From Raillietiella orientalis (lineage: Eukaryota), in the NCBI GenBank assembly GCA_036172245.1, contig JAYWIR010000145.1:1-64000 (forward strand): 64,000 bases of DNA, in the 5' to 3' direction. The notes under the pieces are model-generated. The model did not search any database. It saw only the letters and a program-made list of their open reading frames with translations, and was not told the DNA's origin. Both the position numbers and the translations under genes were made by a program. Positions within the stretch are counted from its first letter, which is position 1, and each line of letters begins with the position of its first letter. Shown here piece by piece: positions 52,570 through 64,000 of this stretch.

Positions 52570-55500
52570 AGATCGAATTAAATAATTCATTTTCTAATTC
52601 CGATAGTGGTTGCCATGAAAACAACACGCAGTTCAAAGTGTTCCGCCCTAATGAAATTTCGTACTTTTCTTAATCCACCTCTGAAACCAGGAAATCGCAT
52701 GATGGTGCGGTTATCCATGACGGTAGATTGCCTCGCGCTGCCAACGGATGCTTCGTGAAAAAGCGCAACAGTGCAATGGGGAAATCTCCTCACTTCGAAT
52801 TGATTACAAACCAGCAAAAGATGTAAATTTGTACCACACCATGAATCAGAGCGAATGAAATGATTCACTTTCTAATTCCGACAGTGGTTGCCATGAAAAC
52901 AACACGGAGTGCAAAGAGCCCCGCCCTAATGAAATGTCGGACTGTTCTTCATCCACCTCTAAACGCAGGAAATCGCAAGGTAGTGTGGTGAACTATGCCG
53001 GTAGATTTCCTCGCGCTGCCAACGGATGCTTCGTGAAGACGCGCAAAAGTGCAATGGTGAAATCTCCTCACTTCGAATTGATTACAAACCAGAAAAAGAT
53101 GTAAATTTGTACCACACCATGAATCAGATCGAATTGAATAATTAACTTTCTAATTCCGACAGTGGTTGCCATGAAAAGAAAACGAAGTGCAAAGTGTCCC
53201 ACCCTAATCAAATGTCGGAGTGTTCTTAATCCACTTCTGAACACAGGAATTCGCAATGTAGTGTGGTGATCCATGCCGCTATATTGCCTCGCCCTGCCAA
53301 TGGATGCTTCATGAAGATGCGCAATAGTGCAATGGTGGAATCTCCTCACTTAGAATTGATTCCAAACCAGCAAAAGATGTAAATTTGTACCATAAAATGA
53401 ATCAGATCGAATTAAATAATTCACTTTCCAATTCCGATAGTGGTTGCGATGAAAACAACACGGAGTGCAAAGTGACCCGCCCTAATGAAATGTCGGACTT
53501 TTCTTAATCCACCTCGAAACGCAGGAAATCGCAAGCTAGTGTGGTGATCCATGCCGGTAGATTGCCTCGCGCTGCCAACGGATTCTTCGTGAAGAAGCGC
53601 AAAAGTGCAATGGTGAAATCTCCGTACTTCGAATTGATTACAAACCAGAAAAAGATGTAAATTTGTACCATAAAATGAATCAGATCGAATTAAATAATGC
53701 ACTTTCTAATTCCGATAGTGGTTGCCATGAAAACAACACGGAGTGCAAATTGCCCCGCCCTAATGAAATGTCGGACTTTTCTTAATCCACCTCTCAAACC
53801 ATGAAATCGCATGATGGTGCGGTTATCCATGACGGTGGATTGCCTCGCGCTACCAACGGATGCTTCGTGAAAAAGCGCAAAAGTGCAATGGTGAAATCTC
53901 CTCACTTCGAATTGATTACAAACCAGCAAAAGATGTAAATTTGAACCACACCATGAATCAGATCGAATTAAATAATTCACTTTCTAATTCCAATAGTGGT
54001 TGCCATGAAAACAACACGCAGTGCAAAGTGTTCCGCCCTAATGAAATTTCGGAATTTTTTTAATCCACCTCAGAAACAAGGAAATCGCATGATGGTGCGG
54101 TTATCCATGACGGTAGATTGCCTCGCGCTGCGAACGGATGCTTCGTGAAAAAGCGCAAAAGTGCAATGGTGAAATCTCCTCACTTCGAATTGATTACAAA
54201 CCAGCAAAAGATGTAAATTTATACCATACCGTGAATCAGATCGAATTAAATAATTCCCTTTTCAATTCCGACAGTGGTTGCCATGAAAACAACACGGAGT
54301 GCAAAGAGCCCCGCCCTAATGAAATGTCGGACAGTTCTTCATCCACCTCTAAACGCAGGAAATCGCAAGGTAGTGTGGTGATCTATGCCGGTAGATTTCC
54401 TCGCTCTGCCAACGGATGCTTCGTGAAGAAGCGCAAACGTGCAATGGTGAAATCTCCGTACCTCGAATTGATTACAAACCAGCAAAAAATGTAAATTTGT
54501 ACCATAAAATGAATCTTATCGAATTAAATAATTCACTTTCTAATTCCGACAGTGGTTGCCATGAAAACAACACGGAGTGCAAAGTGCCCCACCCTAATCA
54601 AATGTCGGAGTGTTCTTAATCCACTTCTGAACACAGGAAATCGCGAGGTAGTGCGGTGATCCATGACGGTGGATTGCCTAACCCTGCCAATGGATGCTTC
54701 GTGAAGAAGCGCAAAAGTGCAATGGTGAAATTTCCTCACTTCGAATTGATTACAAACCAGCAAAGGATGTAAATTTGTACCACACCATGAATCTTATCGA
54801 ATTAAATAATTCACTTTCTAATTCCGACAGTGGTTGCCATGGAAACAACACGGAGTGCAAAGTGTCCCACCCTAATCAAATGTCGGAGTGTTCTTAATCC
54901 ACTTCTGAACACAGGAAATCGCAAGGTAGTGCGGTGATCCATGTCGGTGGATTGCCTAGCCCTGCCAATGGATACTTCGTGAAGAAGCGCTAAAGTGCAA
55001 TGGTGAAATCTCCTCACTTCCAATTGATTACAAACCAGAAAAAGATGTAAATTTGTACCACACCATGAATCAGATCGAATTAAATAATTCACTTTCTAAT
55101 TCCGATAGTGGTTGCCATGAAAACAACACGGAGTGCAAAGTGTCCCACCCTAGTCAAGTGTCGGACTTTTCTTAATCCACCTCTAAACGCAGGAAATCGC
55201 AAGGTAGTGTGGTGATCCATGACGGTAGATTGCCTCGCCCTGCAAATGGATGCTTCATGAAGATGCGCAATAGTGCAATGGTGGAATCTCCTCACTTCGA
55301 ATTGATTACAAACCTGCAAAAGATGTAAATTTGTACCACACCATGAATCAGGTCGAATAAAATAATTCACTTTCTAATTCCGACAGTGGTTGCCATGAAA
55401 ACAACACGGAGTGCAACGTGTCCCACCCTAATCAAATGTCGGAATGTTCTTAATCCACCTCTAAACGCAGGAAATCGCAAGGTAGTGTGGTGATCCATGC

Positions 55501-58500
55501 CGGTAGATTGCCTCGCGCTGCCAACGGATTCTTCGTGAAGAAGCGCAAAAGTGCAATGGTGAAATCTCCGTACTTCGAATTGATTACAAACCAGCAAAAG
55601 ATGTAAATTTGTACCATAAAATGAATCAGATCGAATTAAATAATTCACTTTCAAATTCCGACAGTGGTTGCCATGAAAACAATACGGAGTGCAAAGTGTC
55701 CCACCCTAATCAAATGTCGCACTTTTCTTAATCCACCTCTGAAACCAGGAAATCGGAAGGTTGTGCGGTTATCCATGACCGTAGATTGCCTCGCACTGCC
55801 AACGTATGTTTCGTGAAAAAGCGCAACAGTGCAATGGTGAAATCTCCGTACAACGAATTGATTACAAACCAGCAAAAGATGTAAATTTATACCATACCGT
55901 GAATCAGATCGAATAAAAAAATTCACTTTTTAACTCCGACAGCGGTTGCCATCAAAACAACACGGAGTGCAACGTGTCCCACCCTAATCAAATGTCGGAG
56001 TGTTCTTAATCCACCTCTAGACGCTGGAAATCGCAAGGTAGTGTGGTGATCCATGCCGGTAGATTGCCTCGCGCTGCCAACGGATGCTTCGTGAAAAGTC
56101 GCAACAGTGCATGGTGAAACCTCCTCACTTCGAATTGATTACAAACCAGCAAAAGATGTAACTTTGTACCACACCATGAATCAGATCGAATTAAATAATT
56201 CACTTTCAAATTCCGACAGTGGTTGCCATGAAAACAACACGGAGTGCAAAGTGACTCGCCCTAATGAAATGTCGGACAGTTCTTCATCCACCTCTAAACG
56301 CAGGAAATCGCAAGGTAGTGTGGTGATCTATGCCGGTAGATTTCCTCGCTCTGCCAACGGATGCTTCGTAAAGAAGCCAAAAGTGCAATGGTGAAATCTC
56401 CGTACCTCGAAATGATTACAAACCAGCAAAAGATGTAAATTTGTACCATAAAATGAATCAGATCGAATTAAATAATTAACTTTCTAATTCCGACAGTGGT
56501 TGCCATGAAAACAACACGGAGTGCAAAGTGTCCCACCCTAATCAAATGTCGGAGTGTTCTTAATCCACTTCTGAACACAGGAAATCGCAACGTAGTGCGG
56601 TGATCCATGACGGTGGATTGCCTAGCTTTGCCAATGGATGCTTCGTGAAGAAGCGCAAATGTGCAATGGTGAAATCTCCTCACTTCGAATTGATTACAAA
56701 CCAGCAAAAGATGTAAATTTGTACCACACCATGAATCAGAACGAATTAAATAATTAACTTTCCTATTCCGATAGTGGTTGCCATGAAAACAATACTTAGT
56801 GCAAAGTGTCCCACCCTAATCAAATGTCGGAGTGTTCTTAATCCACTTCTGAACACAGGAATTCGCAATGTAGTGCGGTGATCCATGACGGTGGATTGCC
56901 TAGCCCTGCCAATGGATGCTTCGTGAAGAAGCGCAAAAGTGCAATGGTGAAATTTCCTCACTTCGAATTGATTACAAACCAGCAAAAGATGTAAATTTGT
57001 ACCACACCATGAATCTGATCGAATTGAATAATTCACTTTCTATTTCCGACAGTGGTTGCCATGAAAACAACACGGAGTGCAAAGTGTCCCACCCTAATGA
57101 AATGTCGGACATTTCTTAATCCACCTCTAAACGCAGGAAATCGCAAGGTAGTGTGGTGATCCATGCCGGTAGATTGCCTCGCCCTGCCAATGGATGCTTC
57201 ATGAAGATGCGCAATAGTGCAATGGTGGAATCTCCTCACTTCGAATTGATTACAAACCAGCAAAAGATGTAAATTTGTACCACACCATGAATCAGGTCGA
57301 ATTAAATAATTCACTTTCTAATTCCGACAGTGGTTGCCATGAAAACAACACGGAGTGCAAAGTGTCCCACCCTAATCAAATGTCGGAGTGTTCTTAATCC
57401 ACCTTTAAACGCAGGAAATCGCAAGGTAGTGTGGTGATCCATGCCGGTAGATTGCCTCGCGCTGCCAACGGATTCTTCGTGAAGAAGCGCAAAAGTGCAA
57501 TGGTGAAATCTCCGTACTTCGAATTGATTACAAACCAGCAAAAGATGTAAATTTGTACCACACCATGAATCAGATCGAATTAAATAATTCATTTTCTAAT
57601 TCCGATAGTGGTTGCCATGAAAACAACACGCAGTGCAAAGTGTTCCGCCCTAATGAAATTTCGGACTTTTCTTAATCCACCTCTGAAACCAGGAAATCGC
57701 ATGATGGTGCGGTTATCCATGACGGTAGATTGCCTCGCGCTGCCAACGGATGCTTCGTGAAAAAGCGCAACAGTGCAATGGGGAAATCTCCTCACTTCGA
57801 ATTGATTACAAACCAGCAAAAGATGTAAATTTGTACCACACCATGAATCAGAGCGAATGAAATGATTCACTTTCTAATTCCGACAGTGGTTGCCATGAAA
57901 ACAACACGGAGTGCAAAGAGCCCCGCCCTAATGAAATGTCGGACTGTTCTTCATCCACCTCTAAACGCAGGAAATCGCAAGGTAGTGTGGTGAACTATGC
58001 CGGTAGATTTCCTCGCGCTGCCAACGGATGCTTCGTGAAGACGCGCAAAAGTGCAATGGTGAAATCTCCTCACTTCGAATTGATTACAAACCAGAAAAAG
58101 ATGTAAATTTGTACCACACCATGAATCAGATCGAATTGAATAATTAACTTTCTAATTCCGACAGTGGTTGCCATGAAAAGAAAACGAAGTGCAAAGTGTC
58201 CCACCCTAATCAAATGTCGGAGTGTTCTTAATCCACTTCTGAACACAGGAATTCGCAATGTAGTGTGGTGATCCATGCCGCTATATTGCCTCGCCCTGCC
58301 AATGGATGCTTCATGAAGATGCGCAATAGTGCAATGGTGGAATCTCCTCACTTAGAATTGATTCCAAACCAGCAAAAGATGTAAATTTGTACCATAAAAT
58401 GAATCAGATCGAATTAAATAATTCACTTTCCAATTCCGATAGTGGTTGCGATGAAAACAACACGGAGTGCAAAGTGACCCGCCCTAATGAAATGTCGGAC

Positions 58501-61500
58501 TTTTCTTAATCCACCTCGAAACGCAGGAAATCGCAAGCTAGTGTGGTGATCCATGCCGGTAGATTGCCTCGCGCTGCCAACGGATTCTTCGTGAAGAAGC
58601 GCAAAAGTGCAATGGTGAAATCTCCGTACTTCGAATTGATTACAAACCAGAAAAAGATGTAAATTTGTACCATAAAATGAATCAGATCGAATTAAATAAT
58701 GCACTTTCTAATTCCGATAGTGGTTGCCATGAAAACAACACGGAGTGCAAATTGCCCCGCCCTAATGAAATGTCGGACTTTTCTTAATCCACCTCTCAAA
58801 CCATGAAATCGCATGATGGTGCGGTTATCCATGACGGTGGATTGCCTCGCGCTACCAACGGATGCTTCGTGAAAAAGCGCAAAAGTGCAATGGTGAAATC
58901 TCCTCACTTCGAATTGATTACAAACCAGCAAAAGATGTAAATTTGAACCACACCATGAATCAGATCGAATTAAATAATTCACTTTCTAATTCCAATAGTG
59001 GTTGCCATGAAAACAACACGGAGTGCAAAGTGTTCCGCCCTAATGAAATTTCGGAATTTTTTTAATCCACCTCAGAAACAAGGAAATCGCATGATGGTGC
59101 GGTTATCCATGACGGTAGATTGCCTCGCGCTGCGAACGGATGCTTCGTGAAAAAGCGCAAAAGTGCAATGGTGAAATCTCCTCACTTCGAATTGATTACA
59201 AACCAGCAAAAGATGTAAATTTATACCATACCGTGAATCAGATCGAATTAAATAATTCCCTTTTCAATTCCGACAGTGGTTGCCATGAAAACAACACGGA
59301 GTGCAAAGAGCCCCGCCCTAATGAAATGTCGGACAGTTCTTCATCCACCTCTAAACGCAGGAAATCGCAAGGTAGTGTGGTGATCTATGCCGGTAGATTT
59401 CCTCGCTCTGCCAACGGATGCTTCGTGAAGAAGCGCAAACGTGCAATGGTGAAATCTCCGTACCTCGAATTGATTACAAACCAGCAAAAAATGTAAATTT
59501 GTACCATAAAATGAATCTTATCGAATTAAATAATTCACTTTCTAATTCCGACAGTGGTTGCCATGAAAACAACACGGAGTGCAAAGTGCCCCACCCTAAT
59601 CAAATGTCGGAGTGTTCTTAATCCACTTCTGAACACAGGAAATCGCGAGGTAGTGCGGTGATCCATGACGGTGGATTGCCTAACCCTGCCAATGGATGCT
59701 TCGTGAAGAAGCGCAAAAGTGCAATGGTGAAATTTCCTCACTTCGAATTGATTACAAACCAGCAAAGGATGTAAATTTGTACCACACCATGAATCTTATC
59801 GAATTAAATAATTCACTTTCTAATTCCGACAGTGGTTGCCATGGAAACAACACGGAGTGCAAAGTGTCCCACCCTAATCAAATGTCGGAGTGTTCTTAAT
59901 CCACTTCTGAACACAGGAAATCGCAAGGTAGTGCGGTGATCCATGTCGGTGGATTGCCTAGCCCTGCCAATGGATACTTCGTGAAGAAGCGCTAAAGTGC
60001 AATGGTGAAATCTCCTCACTTCCAATTGATTACAAACCAGAAAAAGATGTAAATTTGTACCACACCATGAATCAGATCGAATTAAATAATTCACTTTCTA
60101 ATTCCGATAGTGGTTGCCATGAAAACAACACGGAGTGCAAAGTGTCCCACCCTAGTCAAGTGTCGGACTTTTCTTAATCCACCTCTAAACGCAGGAAATC
60201 GCAAGGTAGTGTGGTGATCCATGACGGTAGATTGCCTCGCCCTGCAAATGGATGCTTCATGAAGATGCGCAATAGTGCAATGGTGGAATCTCCTCACTTC
60301 GAATTGATTACAAACCTGCAAAAGATGTAAATTTGTACCACACCATGAATCAGGTCGAATAAAATAATTCACTTTCTAATTCCGACAGTGGTTGCCATGA
60401 AAACAACACGGAGTGCAACGTGTCCCACCCTAATCAAATGTCGGAATGTTCTTAATCCACCTCTAAACGCAGGAAATCGCAAGGTAGTGTGGTGATCCAT
60501 GCCGGTAGATTGCCTCGCGCTGCCAACGGATTCTTCGTGAAGAAGCGCAAAAGTGCAATGGTGAAATCTCCGTACTTCGAATTGATTACAAACCAGCAAA
60601 AGATGTAAATTTGTACCATAAAATGAATCAGATCGAATTAAATAATTCACTTTCAAATTCCGACAGTGGTTGCCATGAAAACAATACGGAGTGCAAAGTG
60701 TCCCACCCTAATCAAATGTCGCACTTTTCTTAATCCACCTCTGAAACCAGGAAATCGGAAGGTTGTGCGGTTATCCATGACCGTAGATTGCCTCGCACTG
60801 CCAACGTATGTTTCGTGAAAAAGCGCAACAGTGCAATGGTGAAATCTCCGTACAACGAATTGATTACAAACCAGCAAAAGATGTAAATATATACCATACC
60901 GTGAATCAGATCGAATAAAAAAATTCACTTTTTAACTCCGACAGCGGTTGCCATCAAAACAACACGGAGTGCAACGTGTCCCACCCTAATCAAATGTCGG
61001 AGTGTTCTTAATCCACCTCTAGACGCTGGAAATCGCAAGGTAGTGTGGTGATCCATGCCGGTAGATTGCCTCGCGCTGCCAACGGATGCTTCGTGAAAAG
61101 TCGCAACAGTGCATGGTGAAACCTCCTCACTTCGAATTGATTACAAACCAGCAAAAGATGTAACTTTGTACCACACCATGAATCAGATCGAATTAAATAA
61201 TTCACTTTCAAATTCCGACAGTGGTTGCCATGAAAACAACACGGAGTGCAAAGTGACTCGCCCTAATGAAATGTCGGACAGTTCTTCATCCACCTCTAAA
61301 CGCAGGAAATCGCAAGGTAGTGTGGTGATCTATGCCGGTAGATTTCCTCGCTCTGCCAACGGATGCTTCGTAAAGAAGCCAAAAGTGCAATGGTGAAATC
61401 TCCGTACCTCGAAATGATTACAAACCAGCAAAAGATGTAAATTTGTACCATAAAATGAATCAGATCGAATTAAATAATTAACTTTCTAATTCCGACAGTG

Positions 61501-62573
61501 GTTGCCATGAAAACAACACGGAGTGCAAAGTGTCCCACCCTAATCAAATGTCGGAGTGTTCTTAATCCACTTCTGAACACAGGAAATCGCAACGTAGTGC
61601 GGTGATCCATGACGGTGGATTGCCTAGCTTTGCCAATGGATGCTTCGTGAAGAAGCGCAAATGTGTAATGGTGAAATCTCCTCACTTCGAATTGATTACA
61701 AACCAGCAAAAGATGTAAATTTGTACCACACCATGAATCAGAACGAATTAAATAATTAACTTTCCTATTCCGATAGTGGTTGCCATGAAAACAATACTTA
61801 GTGCAAAGTGTCCCACCCTAATCAAATGTCGGAGTGTTCTTAATCCACTTCTGAACACAGGAATTCGCAATGTAGTGCGGTGATCCATGACGGTGGATTG
61901 CCTAGCCCTGCCAATGGATGCTTCGTGAAGAAGCGCAAAAGTGCAATGGTGAAATTTCCTCACTTCGAATTGATTACAAACCAGCAAAAGATGTAAATTT
62001 GTACCACACCATGAATCTGATCGAATTGAATAATTCACTTTCTATTTCCGACAGTGGTTGCCATGAAAACAACACGGAGTGCAAAGTGTCCCACCCTAAT
62101 GAAATGTCGGACATTTCTTAATCCACCTCTAAACGCAGGAAATCGCAAGGTAGTGTGGTGATCCATGCCGGTAGATTGCCTCGCCCTGCCAATGGATGCT
62201 TCATGAAGATGCGCAATAGTGCAATGGTGGAATCTCCTCACTTCGAATTGATTACAAACCAGCAAAAGATGTAAATTTGTACCACACCATGAATCAGGTC
62301 GAATTAAATAATTCACTTTCTAATTCCGACAGTGGTTGCCATGAAAACAACACGGAGTGCAAAGTGTCCCACCCTAATCAAATGTCGGAGTGTTCTTAAT
62401 CCACCTTTAAACGCAGGAAATCGCAAGGTAGTGTGGTGATCCATGCCGGTAGATTGCCTCGCGCTGCCAACGGATTCTTCGTGAAGAAGCGCAAAAGTGC
62501 AATGGTGAAATCTCCGTACTTCGAATTGATTACAAACCAGCAAAAGATGTAAATTTGTACCACACAATGAATC
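52570..62573. repeat. 18-mer higher-order repeat, 5,002-bp period, two near-identical tandem copies
   Basis: The ORFs from 52587 to 57311 recur exactly 5,002 bp downstream (53068/58070, 54138/59140, 56107/61109, 57311/62313). Private variants are shared (AGACGCTGGAAA, AAAAGTCGCAAC, AAGAAGCCAAAAG, ACCTTTAAACG), with only a handful of substitutions between copies. Confidence 0.95.
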
Positions 62574-62849
62574 AGATCGAATTAAATAATTCACTTTCTA
62601 ATTCCGACAGTGGTTGCCATGAAAACAACACGGAGTGCAAAGTGTCCCGCCCTAATCAAATGTCGGACTGTTCTTAATCCACCTCTAAACGCAGGAAATC
62701 GCAAGGTAGTGTGGTGATCCATGCCGGTAGATTGCCTCGCGCTGCCAACGGATTCTTCGTGAAGAAGCGCAAAAGTGCATGGTGAAATCTCCGTACTTCG
62801 AATTGATTACAAACCAGCAAAAGATGTAAATTTGTACCACACCATGAAT

Positions 62850-64000
62850 CAGATCGAATTAAATAATTCATTTTCTAATTACGATAGTGGTTGCCATGAA
62901 AACAACACGCAGTTCAAAGTGTTCCGCCCTAATGAAATTTCGTACTTTTCTTAATCCACCTCTGAAACCAGGAAATCGCATGATGGTGCGGTTATCCATG
63001 ACGGTAGATTGCCTCGCGCTGCCAACGGATGCTTCGTGAAAAAGCGCAACAGTGCAATGGGGAAATCTCCTCACTTCGAATTGATTACAAACCAGCAAAA
63101 GATGTAAATTTGTACCACACCATGAATCAGAGCGAATGAAATAATTCACTTTCTAATTCCGACAGTGGTTGCCATGAAAACAACACGGAGTGCAAAGAGC
63201 CCCGCCCTAATGAAATGTCGGACTGTTCTTCATCCACCTCTAAACGCAGGAAATCGCAAGGTAGTGTGGTGAACTATGCCGGTAGATTTCCTCGCGCTGC
63301 CAACGGATGCTTCGTGAAGACGCGCAAAAGTGCAATGGTGAAATCTCCTCACTTCGAATTGATTACAAACCAGCAAAAGATGTAAATTTGTACCACACCA
63401 TGAATCAGATCGAATTGAATAATTAACTTTCTAATTCCGACAGTGGTTGCCATGAAAAGAAAACGGAGTGCAAAGTGTCCCACCCTAATCAAATGTCGGA
63501 GTGTTCTTAATCCACTTCTGAACACAGGAATTCGCAATGTAGTGTGGTGATCCATGCCGCTATATTGCCTCGCCCTGCCAATGGATGCTTCATGAAGATG
63601 CGCAATAGTGCAATGGTGGAATCTCCTCACTTAGAATTGATTCCAAACCAGCAAAAGATGTAAATTTGTACCATAAAATGAATCAGATCGAATTAAATAA
63701 TTCACTTTCCAATTCCGATAGTGGTTGCGATGAAAACAACACGGAGTGCAAAGTGACCCGCCCTAATGAAATGTCGGACTTTTCTTAATCCACCTCGAAA
63801 CGCAGGAAATCGCAAGCTAGTGTGGTGATCCATGCCGGTAGATTGCCTCGCGCTGCCAACGGATTCTTCGTGAAGAAGCGCAAAAGTGCAATGGTGAAAT
63901 CTCCGTACTTCGAATTGATTACAAACCAGCAAAAGATGTAAATTTGTACCATAAAATGAATCAGATCGAATTAAATAATGCACTTTCTAATTCCGATAGT
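62850..64000. repeat. Start of a third, more diverged copy of the 18-mer HOR, after one extra 277-bp monomer
   Basis: Offset from copy 2 is 5,279 bp (58070/63349, 58423/63702) = 5002+277. It shares CCTCGAAACG, GCAAGCTAG, GATTCCAAAC and AATAATGCAC but lacks AATGATTCAC, ACGAAGTG and CCAGAAAAAG of copies 1-2. Confidence 0.88.

Larger units (their letters stand above)
1..64000. repeat. Tandem satellite DNA array, 277/278-bp monomer, ~230 head-to-tail copies, continuing beyond both window edges
   Basis: The core CACTTCGAATTGATTACAAACCAGCAAAAGATGTAAATTT recurs every 277-278 bp from position 1 to the end. ORF-track homologues recur at 278-bp steps (e.g. 30639, 30917, 31195). No interrupting non-satellite sequence or orientation switch was seen. 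Confidence 0.99.
12080..64000. repeat. Satellite subfamily domain III (main HOR-bearing layer)
   Basis: The variants CCACTTCTGAACACAGG and CCTAGCCCTGCCAATGG first appear at ~12,115-12,190. CATGAAGATGCGCAATAG and AAAGAGCCCCGCC appear soon after, and all persist towards the right end. Confidence 0.8.

Noticed and set aside
625..62121. Plus-strand 62-118-aa ORFs (MLREEAQKCNGEIS..., ...SSSTSKRRKSQGS...)
   Set aside because: These are chance open frames of the satellite. They overlap each other and the minus-strand ORFs in different frames and appear or vanish with single variants. The KRRK 'NLS-like' motif is incidental.
12397..63983. Minus-strand ~93-aa ORFs (MNYLIRSDS...GIRK) tiled with 4-nt GTGA start/stop overlaps, resembling a translationally coupled array of paralogous small genes
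   Set aside because: The overlap follows arithmetically from a 278-bp period (282-nt ORF). The frame is freely broken by the 277-bp allele and by stop variants, starts are mostly GTG, substitutions show no evident synonymous bias, and there is no recognisable domain.
1..64000. CRISPR array or integron-like cassette array (conserved core with variable intervening sequence)
   Set aside because: The intervening sequences are homologous along their full length rather than unique spacers or cassettes. The period of 278 bp is too long for CRISPR, and there are no cas or integrase genes.
1..64000. Tandem RNA-gene cluster (5S rRNA, tRNA, snRNA, spliced-leader RNA) or rDNA spacer
   Set aside because: I could not recognise 5S, tRNA A/B-box/cloverleaf or snRNA sequence in the monomer on either strand. 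An Rfam cmscan would be the formal test.
1..64000. Transposon insertion, inversion or telomeric repeat within the array
   Set aside because: None was seen. The monomer phase is continuous and single-stranded in orientation throughout. CCCTAA occurs only once per monomer, not as a tandem telomeric tract.

Overview
The whole 64 kb is one uninterrupted head-to-tail satellite DNA array of about 230 copies of a 277/278-bp monomer (43% GC in a hand-counted copy), all in the same orientation. I saw no genes, transposon insertions, inversions or unique sequence. Every ORF in the supplied track is a short frame recurring at the monomer period, so none is called as a gene. The interest lies in the architecture. 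(i) The monomer looks like an ancient dimer of two diverged ~140-bp halves and contains imperfect dyad symmetries and a weak CENP-B-box-like motif. (ii) Monomers are mosaics of a few discrete variant blocks. (iii) The array is layered into three subfamily domains (~1-3.4 kb, ~3.4-12.07 kb, >12.08 kb), with a sharp junction at ~12.07 kb. (iv) Local higher-order repeats (HORs) tend to lengthen from left to right: 2-mer, 6-mer, 7-mer, 14/15/16-mer, then a nearly identical 18-mer of 5,002 bp. Segments are also copied up to 39 kb away. This fits a eukaryotic (peri)centromeric or heterochromatic satellite with young HORs. Species and centromere function cannot be determined from sequence alone. Offsets come from matching ORF coordinates and hand-read marker variants; block edges are approximate.
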